64,000 nucleotides of DNA from Williopsis jadinii (GCA_024346625.1 AP024666.1:1550001-1614000); one strand, 5' to 3'. Positions 43,924 through 56,117 are shown, counted from the stretch's first letter. A program made the numbers and translations. Notes: generated from the sequence alone by a model not told the origin.

Positions 43924-44841
43924 ATGGCTACCGAAAAGAAACAATCCACTTTCCTTATCGACTTCCTTATGGGTGGTGTCTCCGCCGCCATCTCTAAGAC
44001 CGCTGCTGCTCCAATTGAGCGTGTCAAGTTGTTGATCCAAAACCAAGATGAGATGATCAAGCAAGGCCGTCTTGCTAAGCGTTACGACGGTATTGCCGAC
44101 TGTTTCAGAAGAACTGCCGGTGATGAGGGTGTTGTTTCCTTCTGGAGAGGTAACACCGCCAACGTTATCCGTTACTTCCCAACCCAAGCTTTGAACTTTG
44201 CTTTCAAGGACAAGTTCAAAGCCATGTTCGGTTTCAAGAAGGAGGAGGGTTACTGGAAATGGTTTGCCGGTAACTTGGCCTCTGGTGGTCTTGCCGGTGG
44301 TTCCTCTCTTTTGTTCGTCTACTCTTTGGATTACGCCAGAACCAGATTGGCCAACGATGCCAAGTCTGCTAAGGGTAACGGTGAGAGAGAGTTCAACGGT
44401 TTGTTGGATGTTTACAAGAAGACCTTGGCTTCTGACGGTATTGCCGGTTTGTACAGAGGTTTCTTGCCATCCGTTGTCGGTATTGTTGTCTACAGAGGTT
44501 TGTACTTCGGTTTGTACGACTCCTTGAAGCCAGTCTTGTTGACCGGTTCTTTGGAGAACAACTTCTTGGCTGCTTTCTTGTTGGGTTGGGTTGTCACCAC
44601 CGGTGCCTCCACCGCTTCTTACCCATTGGACACTGTTAGAAGAAGAATGATGATGACCTCTGGTCAAGCTGTTAAGTACAACGGTGCCTTCGACGCTTTC
44701 AGAAAGATTGTTGCTGCTGAGGGTGTCAAGTCCTTGTTCAAGGGTTGTGGTGCTAACATCTTGAGAGGTGTCGCCGGTGCCGGTGTTATCTCCTTGTACG
44801 ACCAATTGCAAGTCATCTTGTTCGGTAAGAAGTTCAAATAA
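43924..44841 (+). CDS. PET9: Mitochondrial ADP/ATP carrier
   Basis: [15 protein letters not shown] signature, extreme codon bias. Confidence 0.95.
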   Translation: MATEKKQSTFLIDFLMGGVSAAISKTAAAPIERVKLLIQNQDEMIKQGRLAKRYDGIADCFRRTAGDEGVVSFWRGNTANVIRYFPTQALNFAFKDKFKAMFGFKKEEGYWKWFAGNLASGGLAGGSSLLFVYSLDYARTRLANDAKSAKGNGEREFNGLLDVYKKTLASDGIAGLYRGFLPSVVGIVVYRGLYFGLYDSLKPVLLTGSLENNFLAAFLLGWVVTTGASTASYPLDTVRRRMMMTSGQAVKYNGAFDAFRKIVAAEGVKSLFKGCGANILRGVAGAGVISLYDQLQVILFGKKFK

Positions 44842-47800
44842 ACTACTTAACCTGAATTAGATTGAATCTAGATACTCTTACGGTTAATATTCTCATTTAT
44901 CTTTTGTACAGAACTACTCTACAAGATCTAAAGTAAATAGCTTGTTTCATACTTCTGAATTTCCCCCGTAGGTGTGTAATTAGTAACCTCGGTGCTGAAG
45001 CTGGCCAATCCCGACCGGCTGAAGAATACGGAGTGCATGGTGGGAAGTCACGTGACTCGGGCCGGGATGGCTAAAGCCTTGATTGTAGACTGTACAACAT
45101 GCGTGTGTTCTTGACTCGGATCACCGATGAAGCACTTAAGTCCCAGCTGTCTAGAAACACCTTCCCTTGTCGAGGAGAGAGGGGATGAGGTTATGCTATA
45201 GACTTGTCTTTAAGGTTGTACAGCGTTAATCTTAAGCTCATCGTTTCATCGCCTTTGATCACGGTTGTTTGCGTGAGTTGATGAGGATCACGTCTCACGG
45301 ACCAACGCCTCTTTTTGGACATGAAACTCATAACCCACGAGATAAACTTCAAGCATGACGTTGCACTGATTTTACCCTCAGTGTTAAAGAAGTAGCTTCT
45401 ACTTCTTCACGCTTAAAAGCAATCCTGGAAATTCTTGGTGAATATGGATTATGAGCCGTTTTTTGTCATGGCACCTTGGAAAATTAGGCTGTTATGAAAG
45501 TCTTTCAATTTTGTCATACATGTTGCACTCATCGATGCCTTAAACAACCTTTTAAGTCGTTGTGATGAATTCAATTGGGGGACCCCCCCCCCCTCTAGCC
45601 GAGTTGTGGAGAGCACAATGTGTGACACTGACCTTGTATTACAGATATATTGTCCCTGTGCCGATGGTGTTAATAGTGAGAGATGCTCCCGATCGGCTGA
45701 TAAACAATATGGATTACAAGAGAGTGTAGTTTTGATACAGTATGTAAACGACATCACCAAACGTCACCGCACGTCCTTTTCAAGCGATCAAGAGGGAGGG
45801 TCTGGACTTTGTAGAAATGAGCATTATCTCGGGTCAGTGTGTGCAGTGTCAACTATACCAAATCCTAATCCGTAATACACACATGGATAATAGTTCCCTG
45901 TTCTCTAATATTGTTGTGGAAAAACATACAGTGCGTCTAGGTGAACGGCTCCAACGTAGAACTTTTCCAACTGTAAAAGATTAATTTCGAACAAGGTGAA
46001 GACACTTCTAAAGCCTCACATTCAAAGTCATAGTCTTGTTTCGACAGAAAAATAAAGTCAAGATTGATTTACGACGTGTAAGTTCTATCTTTTGAGTTTA
46101 GATGTTTCAGATCGGACGTACTATGCCATCTTGTAAGACGTATGAATATTACAACTGTGGGATTTATTATATGTTATTTAAACAGCCTGAAATTGTTTCT
46201 TAGGAGGGGACGGACTATAATTATGACATAGGTTACCGGTGGATGTTCTCGAACATGGACACGGTTTCTGTACAGTTAGTCACGATGGCACTGTCAACGT
46301 ATTACATCGACAATTATATTTTGAGATACAAATGCATGGAATACCTTTAAGATAAGCGTAGGACGTCAACTTGTGTACTGGAAAGAATATACCCGATCAA
46401 TATGCTCAGCAGTGGGCGAGTGCTTGTGTGATGGCCCAGATGGGAAATGGAACCATCTGTGTTATTTTCTATTGGCAAGGCACAAGGCATCTTAGTTGAC
46501 GTCCAGTTACGTAGCTTTTGTCAATGCCACGCCTGTCCTCTTGGTATTCCAGCGTACTGTGATTTATAAACCACTATCACATGTGTAGTGCACGACTGAG
46601 CAGGAAGTCATGGCTCTGATCGGTTTACCAATCGCCAGAGATAAGAGTTACGCCTTGGTTTCAGTGTGATAGAGATGGTCATGTCCAACATATGCTTGAT
46701 CGGCTCTTCAAAAGAAGCCAAGTTGACACAAGCCTCTCTGAACTACAATCCAAGATGATGTATCGAAGCTTTCAGTGACACAAGTGGCGTCTCACACCAC
46801 TTAAAAATATCGGTGCATGATCTAGCTACTGGAGCCTGTATATTTGAAGAATTAACAAGACTTGATGAAATGCACCCAACCAATAGTTTTCTAAAGCTTT
46901 ACGATAGAGTTCTCGCCACGGATTTGTGTAGTGATGGCATCCTCCATTAACGCACTATACTGTTGAACCTTCTTTCCGATGGCAGTCGACCGGTGGCAGT
47001 CGACCGACTTCACCATTCGCTGTATGCATGCCTCGTGTATATGAATTTCAGATACACCCTTACATGGTATATGGAACTGATGTGGCTCGGATGCAGAGCA
47101 AGTAAATAAGGTGGAGAAGAGCTTGCTTGATAAGAAGAAAAAATGCTTCTCTGCAAAGCTACCTCTGTTTCGTAATTAGTGGTGATTCTTGGTCTAACCA
47201 TCAACAGCGACAGGCAGGTAGCAAGCAAGCACGGAAATCATGAAGCTTTACCACCTGTACTGACTTGTGATACTGTGGACCCCCTCTTCCCGAACTGCAC
47301 CAGTGCGTAAACTATGATCAAGTACACGCCCTTAAAGGTCACCAGGAAACCGTTGGACTGATCAACGTATACATGAGTGTGTCTGCGTGTCATGGCGAGC
47401 CAAAACCAAAAACGACACAGCCTATGCTCGCTACACGCAGAGCTTGATGAGCTTTGCTTAGAGACCCCCCCCCCTCCCCGGAATCCTCGGGCCTTCGCTA
47501 TTGGAAGAAAAACCATGGCATCCGGTAAAACATTTATGAGGACTACATTGCTACAATTGCAGGGTTCACGCCTCTTCCCATGTTACCCAGGCCTAAGACC
47601 AGCGCGTTTCCCGTAATCCTACTAACCACGTCTCGTTGCTTCCCACCTTCTCAAACTTCCAGCTCCGTCACCGTGTGACTAAACACCACACCTTGAAGCG
47701 TTGATGCAACCCTCCCAACTGTGTTCGGACATGACTACCCAAAACAGACAGCTGTGACCTTGTCGGCCGTAGACCTCGGATTCAACGGTTTTAAGCCCAG

Positions 47801-48139
47801 CCGTGCGCATCGGGTAAGATAATAATAGGCCTCGTTAATAAGTCGGTGACACAACATGTTTTGCACCGAAACGCGTGCAGGCAACTGCACCTCTTGCGGC
47901 CACTGGAAATGGTGCATCATTTCTTGCTTTCTTTCAAGTGTTTTTATTAAGAACGAGGCACAACTTGTGGGAATCTGTGATGTTACTGTGGGTGCTGGTG
48001 AAATATAAAAGAAGGATAAACTGACGTTGTTTTTGGATGTTTTGATTTTGGGGGCATCCACAGATTTAAAAGATCGCTATCTTCAAGAAGCTTTACATGG
48101 TTCAAGGAAGAGACACAGCAATTGGTTTCGACATACTTG

Positions 48140-48994
48140 ATGAGTAGCCATAGAAGTGATTCAACCGCACAGCTCAGCAATCCGCAGTACCTTATTCAGC
48201 AATACTACACACCGACCACCACAACTACAGCAATTATGACAGGGACAACTCACATGAAGCACCAGCACTCTGTTGCTAAGCCAGAGGTTGATGGTAGCGA
48301 GATGCACCTGGTTCGCAGACGGATATCCAAAGCGTGTAACTACTGTCGACAGAGAAAAATAAAGTGCGACGGTTCCTCGCCATGTACAAACTGCCACAGC
48401 CACCAAATCGACTGTGTCTATACAAAGACAATCACCAAGAAGAAGAGAGCACAGCCTGCTAAGAAGCTTACGCTTCACGACCTGGAGAAAAGGGTTAACA
48501 AGATGCAATCTCAAATGGACACGATGAACTCTACGTTGAGTGCTATCTTGAAAGTGCTGAACGATCGCAAACTATCCGATATGAATGCAGCGCATGCTGT
48601 ACCACATGAGCAGCTACAACAACATCAACAACAACAACTTCATCATCAACAATCCGCTTCATGCTCACAACCCATGGGTTTTGAAATGGAAGATTTCTCC
48701 ACGAGTGGGGAAGATGAAGAGGTAATATATTCTCCTTTGTCAGACCAAACCAGCAGCTTAAACTGTGAAGATCAAGTACTTTCACCTGCAGGGGATCCTC
48801 TCCACAATACCACTAATGCTGGTTTTACCACATTTGCACAATCAGGTTTACAACACGTCCCATCAAACCCATTTGGGGTAAACCAATACAGTGGTGCATT
48901 TGAACCATTGGATATGTCCATTGTTGCTAAAATGGGTTTGAATTTCGACAATCTTGCACAGAAACAAGATGAACAACTCAATATGCTTATTTGA
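48140..48994 (+). CDS. Short Zn(II)2Cys6 transcription factor
   Basis: KACNYCRQKIKC-type cluster (CNYCRQRKIKCDGSSPCTNCHSHQIDC), following coiled coil, Q-rich/acidic tail; start could alternatively be the ATG at 48236. Confidence 0.85.
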   Translation: MSSHRSDSTAQLSNPQYLIQQYYTPTTTTTAIMTGTTHMKHQHSVAKPEVDGSEMHLVRRRISKACNYCRQRKIKCDGSSPCTNCHSHQIDCVYTKTITKKKRAQPAKKLTLHDLEKRVNKMQSQMDTMNSTLSAILKVLNDRKLSDMNAAHAVPHEQLQQHQQQQLHHQQSASCSQPMGFEMEDFSTSGEDEEVIYSPLSDQTSSLNCEDQVLSPAGDPLHNTTNAGFTTFAQSGLQHVPSNPFGVNQYSGAFEPLDMSIVAKMGLNFDNLAQKQDEQLNMLI

Positions 48995-51780
48995 TATCAA
49001 GAGGGTTAGGAATAACTTCCATGTTGAGCGTACACATGTTTTACGAATGCATGTTCGGCGTTAACAACTCATGACTAATGACGTATCATGAAATGATTAT
49101 TAATATGGTATACAGGAACGATTGATTATAAATTGGATTTTTTAGATTTTTTTAGCGTTTATCATTTTATTATTATAAATTAACAGCGAAGCCCCCCCCC
49201 CTTCCCAAAATAAAAACAGCATATTAGAGGAGGATATGGCCAATTATTACAGTTGAATTAGGTAATATAGAGATATCATACCTTTGTTATCTGCTGACAG
49301 TTATAGTCTCTTTCAAGGAACATGAATAGATGAACCATCGCCTGTTATTACTACACGTTTCATAAATATACATTTAATGACGTTGTAATGACATTCGTTT
49401 GAAGTTTGACTCTGATATCAGTGTGATGAGCGCTGTTGTGTCACGACATGATCCATCGGATTAATGTTGGAGCTCTACTATTAATAATTTTATTGATCGT
49501 GCTAAGATCGTATTTTCTGAAGTTGATGAAGCAAAATGTGCATTGCATATGATCGTTTCGTGCCTACCGGGCGCAATCGGACAACTTGGTTTAACTATCT
49601 TCCTCGTATACCGCAGACCACTAGGTATGCAGTGAAATATGATAACCAGGCTATGCAATTGCATCTGGCACCTTGACTAGCATTTGAACGTATTAGTCCA
49701 TGCCTGAACAGATCCCTGGTCGACGCCGGCTGCTGACTTATGTACATGATTGAAGTACATAACACAAGTTTTTACTGCACAAGAAATGGAAACAAACCGA
49801 TCGAATTTCGAATGATATGATACATATAATTTAGGCAGCACAAGTCTGTACAAAGCCGTTGCCAAAGGTTCTCCTTAAGAACTCTAACGTGTTTTAATCA
49901 ATATTAGTGAAATCAGATTGATTGGAAAACCATGCTGGGCTTTAGATTCTATCAGGGGCTACTTCTTAAGCTTATGCCAGAATTTCGATATGGGTACTGA
50001 CCATAGTTCTTCCCATGATCCACATACGTTTCCTATCAAAGTCTTAGAGGACATTATCTTGGTTCGAGTTGTTAACCCTGAATTGAACATGATTACAAGG
50101 CTGGCAAAGTGTCAAGAAATGGTATATGTATGCTCATGTTCTATGTAGCATCGTATTTTTTACAAGGTGTGCCGGCCTGACGTCTAACTTCTGTTTTTAC
50201 AATCTTATGAGCTTACAGGGAGAGAGTCCCTTCAATGTAGTAGATAGACTGTGATCAGAACTGGATATGATCAACGTTGTAACTTCTATAAGTAGAAAAT
50301 CGTGACGCATTTAGGATAAACGTTCGACTCAGCAAAAGTTCCCAAGGTAAAATATAAGAACTTTATAGTTCGATCAACATTGGCTGTTGCATAGAGAAAG
50401 GATGCTGGACCAAATTGTAACGACCCTCGCTGCTGAAAACCAATGTGCTTCGTCTGATAGTTCCCATCATCACATCACCAAACCTTTTCTATCCACGGAA
50501 GAAATAGAAAGAAGTCATAAATAGCCTCACATTTCGAGAACGCAGTTCAGCCTTTCTTTGAAGAGTTTTATAAGATTCTAGAAAACGCAGAACACCACGG
50601 TATTACAAAGTCTATCGAATCACTTAAATGTCTGGAACAGAACAATGCTTAATTCTAACAGTGGTATGGCGCAATATGCGCAAGTTGTTGGACTTACTTT
50701 AACATGAATTTTACCCAGATATTCTGCCAACTTCTAACACCTGATACAGCCTAAAGAAGCAAGCCTCATTTGTATGCTGGTATCTTGTTTGCGTGCATCA
50801 CAGGCGAATGTAATTATAGGATAATGCCAATGGACTTATACATATGCTGAGTTGTACAAGCTCGATCAGCATATAACTTTGAACAATTTCAAACATTCAA
50901 ACAAGGTATGGTTTTGTCCTGAAACGAGAGCTTTCTGGAAGAGGTCAACCTGTAATACCAACAAATGGCTGAGCTATCACTAAAACGTGGCGAGTTGGCT
51001 CTTGCCTATTGGTATTTGTATCATACCTCGTGATCTCTCCTCCAGTTCACTGTATCCAACCTATTGTCAAGATTTGATTAGCTGGTACATTTTCCGTGCC
51101 ATTAAGGTCTAATAGTGAAATCTCGTGATGAGACCCAGCTAACGGTGATCGTTACGTGGACACAGATGTGAGATAAGGTCACCACTGACACTATAATCCC
51201 GGTCGTTCCATCAATCGTATGCCTCTGAACACTCGGTGTGGAGTGTGTAGCTTGTTTCAAACGTTTATTAAAGAACACGCGGAAATCGCCGATACTGCAA
51301 ATGATACAACGAAGGGACGGACATACAATTGATTTAGCCACCAAAACAGGATACATCCCAGACCTACTACAAAATCGCCAATCGCTATAGTACCCACCTT
51401 CATCCTATCCACCATTCAGCCATGTCCCTCGTCGCTCCCAACCTCCTCTGTGCTTGATGGCATAACAAGATGCCCATGTCTGCTGGTTTGTACAGCACTA
51501 CGTGCTTGACAGCCTAGCGCTACCAATAGTCCATTTATCAACCAAATATAGGATAAACCGAGCTACATTATCGTATAAGCAAAACATATATACAAGCAAG
51601 ACAGTGGTTATATCCTACTTCTGTTAGGATACCAAAGATTTATTGAATCCTAAGAAAGAAACCAACATTGAAATCTGTCCCTTCAGTGCAATCCCGCATC
51701 ATTGATGATTCTTATGTGGCGCCTACCACTATAACTGATCGAATTTTATTTCCGAGGGCTGGTGGCGGTTGATCCGGTGG

Positions 51781-51789
51781 GCTCATCGC
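51781..51789 (-). promoter_or_regulatory. PAC element upstream of RBA50
   Basis: GCTCATCGC (= GCGATGAGC) ~75 bp upstream of the ATG. Confidence 0.55.
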
Positions 51790-51861
51790 AAACTTTGCGT
51801 AGTTTGCGTTTATATGGAGATGTTTAGTAATCGATAGCTTTGGCGGTAGTGGCAAAAGAGC

Positions 51862-53265
51862 ATGGATTTGATAGGCGATATCGTTGAAAAAGAAGTTGAT
51901 GATGCTATAGCACCAAGCTTTCCTGAGCCATCGGGGTCTTTTACTGGATTTCCCAAACCTGTGGTGAAGAGCACATGGAAACAGAGACAAGCGAAGAAGA
52001 AGAACAACAACAACCATGTTGAACACGACGGTGAGACCAGGTACGAAAAGCAGGAACCTCGTGGCCTTAAAAGACTTCCCAAGGAGAAACAGAAGCTCAA
52101 TTATGATAACTTATCCGAAGCTGAGAAGAACCATCTGGAGAACATCGAGATTCTTAGTAATATGACTGAAGCTGAGAGAATCCGCGAGAAGGAGGAGCTC
52201 TTGGGCTCGATGGACCCGAGGATACTGCAAAAGCTGTTGCTGAGAAGCGAGGAGAAGTTGTCAAAGAAGAAGTCTGTGAATCCTGTTCCAGAGTTCAAAG
52301 GGTATGGCGATTGGATCGGTGGCGATAAGAACGGTGAAGAGTGGAAGGATCAAACATTGGATGAGGAAGCTGTTGACATGGCTTTGGGCATCAAATCTTC
52401 TCTGAAGATAGAAGATAAAGATCAGGCTCCAAAACCCACAAAATCAGTGTCATTTGATCCTGTGAGTACCGTGAAGTACCCCTATGACGGTGCTCCTGAT
52501 CCCGAATGGGAAGACGTTGAAGATCTGGACGACATTGCGCCGGAATCTTACCAACTAGTAAAGGAAGCGGATGAGGTTTCTAAAGAGGAGGCCATTTCCA
52601 ACGTACACTTCCTCAAGCCCGAGGTTGTTGACGAGGACGACATCTACATCGATATCAACGACCCTGATTTCAACGAGAAACTACACGAGAAGTATTTTCC
52701 GGATCTACCTAGAGATACTGAGAAGCTGAAGTGGATGACACCAATTCCTGATGTTGCAATAGATGATATGGTGTTTGACAATGTTTCCGACCTGAGGTTT
52801 GATTTCAAGGGCGATTTGGTCGTGCCTAACGCTGACCAGTCTGTTGACACGTCCACTGGACTACACCACCATGCCGATAACGTCTCCTTAGCCGGATACA
52901 CACTGCGTGAACTCGCACACCTGAGCCGTTCAAGCATGAGCTCCCAACGGTGCATTGCAATCAGAACGCTGGGGAGAATCTTGCTGAAATTGGGCAAGGG
53001 TAAGTACAACATCGTGCCGGAGTTTGTATACGAGGACGAGGACGGAGAGGAACACCAGGAGAATCCAGATGCGGATGCCATGAAGAGAGCAAACACTGAA
53101 TTCGATCAAACCTTCTGGGGCCTCATTGATGAACTACGAGTCATAGAAACCTTGGAGGAAGCTGCTGATGAACAAGCTACAAAGAACCTCAGTGTAAGAA
53201 ACTATGCCATTGAGGCACTCTGGCTATGGAAACAGGGAGGTGGTAACACCAGACACGCCAATTGA
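51862..53265 (+). CDS. RBA50: RNA polymerase II assembly factor (RPAP1 family)
   Basis: MDLIGDIVEKE start, LHEKYFPDLP, LRFDFKG, GLHHH, AGYTLRELAHLSRS, QRCIAIRTLGRIL. Confidence 0.93.
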   Translation: MDLIGDIVEKEVDDAIAPSFPEPSGSFTGFPKPVVKSTWKQRQAKKKNNNNHVEHDGETRYEKQEPRGLKRLPKEKQKLNYDNLSEAEKNHLENIEILSNMTEAERIREKEELLGSMDPRILQKLLLRSEEKLSKKKSVNPVPEFKGYGDWIGGDKNGEEWKDQTLDEEAVDMALGIKSSLKIEDKDQAPKPTKSVSFDPVSTVKYPYDGAPDPEWEDVEDLDDIAPESYQLVKEADEVSKEEAISNVHFLKPEVVDEDDIYIDINDPDFNEKLHEKYFPDLPRDTEKLKWMTPIPDVAIDDMVFDNVSDLRFDFKGDLVVPNADQSVDTSTGLHHHADNVSLAGYTLRELAHLSRSSMSSQRCIAIRTLGRILLKLGKGKYNIVPEFVYEDEDGEEHQENPDADAMKRANTEFDQTFWGLIDELRVIETLEEAADEQATKNLSVRNYAIEALWLWKQGGGNTRHAN

Positions 53266-53496
53266 ATCCCCAATATATAGAAATGTATACATAAATTCTC
53301 CATCATCTGTAGAGAGATCGTCTTGGTGGCGGTGGTGGCCTCCCATTTGGTGGCGGTGGTTCATCTGCTTGCCCGTGGCGGAAATGGCAGAGAGTGGCGA
53401 CAACCACAAAAAGAACATCAACAAAGAATATCAACAAAGAACAACAACAACAAGAACAACAACAACAAGCAGAGCAGCCACATAGATACAGTCACA

Positions 53497-54360
53497 ATGG
53501 AGGCGATTGCTGCGAAATACGAACCTCAATCGAACATTCTCAAGAACTTAGGCTACGGTGATGATGGTGCTGATGGCTTGAAACAGGACTTCATCTCTGG
53601 TGTCGACCTCTCAATAGCTCCTAGCATTGCAATGCCGCCAATTGCACACCCAACTGAGTTTCTAAGAGCACACACGGATGACTCACAGAACCCGGACTGT
53701 AAGATCAAGATTGCGCATGGTACCACGACGTTGGCGTTTAGATTCCAAGGAGGCATTGTTGTTGCTGTTGATTCCAGAGCCACGGCGGGCAATTGGATTG
53801 CATCGCAGACGGTCAAGAAGGTGATTGAGATTAACCCGTTCTTGCTGGGAACCATGGCTGGTGGTGCAGCTGACTGTCAGTTCTGGGAGACCTGGTTGGG
53901 ATCGCAGTGTAGACTACACGAATTGAGAGAGAAACAGAGGATCTCTGTGGCTGCGGCCTCAAAGATATTGAGCAATTTAGTTTACCAGTACAAGGGGATG
54001 GGGTTGTCCATGGGTACTATGATCTGTGGCTATACGAAAAAGGAAGGTCCAACTATCTATTACGTTGATTCTGATGGTACAAGATTGAAAGGTGATGTGT
54101 TTTGCGTTGGTTCCGGTCAAACGTTTGCGTACGGTGTGTTAGACTCGAACTTGAGATGGGATCTGACTGTGGAGGAGGCTCTGTACTTGGGAAAACGTTC
54201 CATCTTGGCTGCTGCACACAGAGATGCATACTCCGGTGGCTCTATCAACTTGTATCACATCACAGAGGATGGTTGGGTATATCACGGTAACCATGACGTT
54301 GGTCCAACGTTCTACGAAATCAAGGAGAAGGAAGGTTCATTCAACAACGTTGTCGGTTAA
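53497..54360 (+). CDS. PRE2: 20S proteasome beta-5 subunit
   Basis: Propeptide then [32 protein letters not shown]. Confidence 0.97.
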   Translation: MEAIAAKYEPQSNILKNLGYGDDGADGLKQDFISGVDLSIAPSIAMPPIAHPTEFLRAHTDDSQNPDCKIKIAHGTTTLAFRFQGGIVVAVDSRATAGNWIASQTVKKVIEINPFLLGTMAGGAADCQFWETWLGSQCRLHELREKQRISVAAASKILSNLVYQYKGMGLSMGTMICGYTKKEGPTIYYVDSDGTRLKGDVFCVGSGQTFAYGVLDSNLRWDLTVEEALYLGKRSILAAAHRDAYSGGSINLYHITEDGWVYHGNHDVGPTFYEIKEKEGSFNNVVG

Positions 54361-54480
54361 GAGTGGATATATATAAGCACAACACACAAGAATGAAGCAA
54401 TAAATGTCAATGGAAGAAAAAAAGAACAAAAAAGGTATGAGGGACGACGTTGCTGATGAACCGTGTATCGCTGTAATTGT

Positions 54481-55416
54481 TTATCTCCATGCTGGTTTCT
54501 GGTGTTGTTTCGTGTTCATGGTTGATGCTGTACGCGTCATTGAAGACAAATTATTCATCGAAGGGGTGGATCGAAGCGACCTGGCTACGTCTCTTGTAGA
54601 TGTTGATTTCTGTAAACTTGATGCCGTCGGCCTGTTCAAGTTGTACATGGTTGTCGACTTTGAAATCCTTGGACTAGGCACCTTAGATAACCCCTTGGAT
54701 ATCGATCTCGATTGTTGCAACGATGTTGAGTGTTGTTTCTTCAGATTCATTGATGACGTTGATTGTCTTAGTGTGGACTGTGTAGGCGCCTTCAAGGGGA
54801 TTCGTGTTGTCGTTACCCTTTCTACAAGCTCGTGGTTTTGAGCAGGCCTATCAAGAACCTGTTGGAAGTCCATCATTCTCTTTGACGATGACAACTGTGG
54901 TACCACATCCTGACGTCCAACGTCTAATCTTCTTCTCTTGGAAACACTCTCCAATGTTGAAGAACCTGTCCTCTTAGAGAATGGATCATAGCTTGGAACG
55001 TTCTCCTTCTCCAGCTCAATCTCCTCTCTCGTCCTCATCGTGGAGTAGTGAGATGATATCGATTCCAGCTTGTTGAACTTCTGCCTATGCAGTGAGGTAA
55101 ACCTCGAGTTTCGTGGGCTCAAAGTAAAGCCACCATTCCCCTTGCCAATATGGCTTCTTCTTGGGTGCATTGTCGCAGCCCTCTGGTCTAATTCTTGTAG
55201 GACATTATTGCTCAGCTTCTTACTATAACCAAGCTGGGAGCACTGTTCTTGCAATGATGACGAAACCTGGGGCATCAATTGGTCGAGGTCAGGGTATAGT
55301 GGGTGTCTCAGAGACTGTGCCGTCTGCGATTGGAATGTAAACTGCTCTTGTGAAGGCACCTTGTAGTCATACGTTTGTGTCCATTCTTGAGGGAACCCGC
55401 CTGGTATGTCCCCCAT
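54481..55416 (-). CDS. SHE1: Spindle/microtubule-associated protein, She1-like
   Basis: LGYSKKLSNNVLQELDQRA, FTSLHRQKFNKLESISSHY, SMNNLSS and terminal KPAWR resemble recalled She1 blocks; tandem with HEK2 as in S. cerevisiae. Confidence 0.72.
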   Translation of the reverse strand: MGDIPGGFPQEWTQTYDYKVPSQEQFTFQSQTAQSLRHPLYPDLDQLMPQVSSSLQEQCSQLGYSKKLSNNVLQELDQRAATMHPRRSHIGKGNGGFTLSPRNSRFTSLHRQKFNKLESISSHYSTMRTREEIELEKENVPSYDPFSKRTGSSTLESVSKRRRLDVGRQDVVPQLSSSKRMMDFQQVLDRPAQNHELVERVTTTRIPLKAPTQSTLRQSTSSMNLKKQHSTSLQQSRSISKGLSKVPSPRISKSTTMYNLNRPTASSLQKSTSTRDVARSLRSTPSMNNLSSMTRTASTMNTKQHQKPAWR

Positions 55417-55586
55417 CTTCTTCTCTGTGCGAGGAGGAGGAGGTCGCAATGATCAATGCTTCGACAAATGGAAACGGAGTATCGTTTCCAATAACGAAAG
55501 AACCAGAATGAGAGAGAGAGAGAGAGAGAAAAGTATTGGACAAGCAAAAAAAATTATGCCTGTTGCGATATGCCGTTAGACGCAAA

Positions 55587-55613
55587 AATCCGTATTAGGT
55601 AAAATGTAAACAA
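55587..55613 (+). promoter_or_regulatory. Mcm1-Forkhead composite site (CLB2-cluster type)
   Basis: CC-GTATTA-GG-TAAAAT-GTAAACAA ~170 bp upstream of the SHE1-like ATG. Confidence 0.65.
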
Positions 55614-56117
55614 AAACATCATCAACTAAGCACAGACACAATGGAGAGCTCATACAATTGAACTCGGCTCACATAGAGAAAAGGCTGTAGCTTTGTGAGG
55701 CATATGGAGGGGCATCGTGTTGTGCTGTGAATTCCACAGCCAAATGGCCTCCAATGGGGCTTTCATCAACATCATCAGCAGTTGAGTAGGAGTAACGGTT
55801 GCGTCCTGATGATATGAATGATCTGACAATTTGAACAGATACACCATCTTTACAATGTTATATAACCGTAAGCAACTGACTAGCCAGAGAGACAACCAAG
55901 AGTAAACAGTGAGCACTGATGACACCGCATTATTGATTAGAGGACGACTACGTATGTAACCGGTCTTATAATTAAATGAGTAAAAGGAAGGAAGAAATAG
56001 AGAGGAGGAAGACGACCACATTTGGAGAAAAGACAAGAGATGGAGATATGGAAGAAATAAGGGAAGTAGGAAGAAGAGAAAGAGTGGAAAGAGAAATAGT
56101 ACAATGGTTCAGAGGGT

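Noticed and set aside
43897..44811. 304-aa antisense ORF over the ADP/ATP carrier
   Set aside because: Same codon-bias artefact
46976..47007. 14-bp tandem duplication CCGRTGGCAGTCGA
   Set aside because: Two copies only; no evidence of function
50600..51000. Possible pseudogene fragments downstream of the Zn-cluster gene
   Set aside because: Only short open stretches with no recognisable similarity
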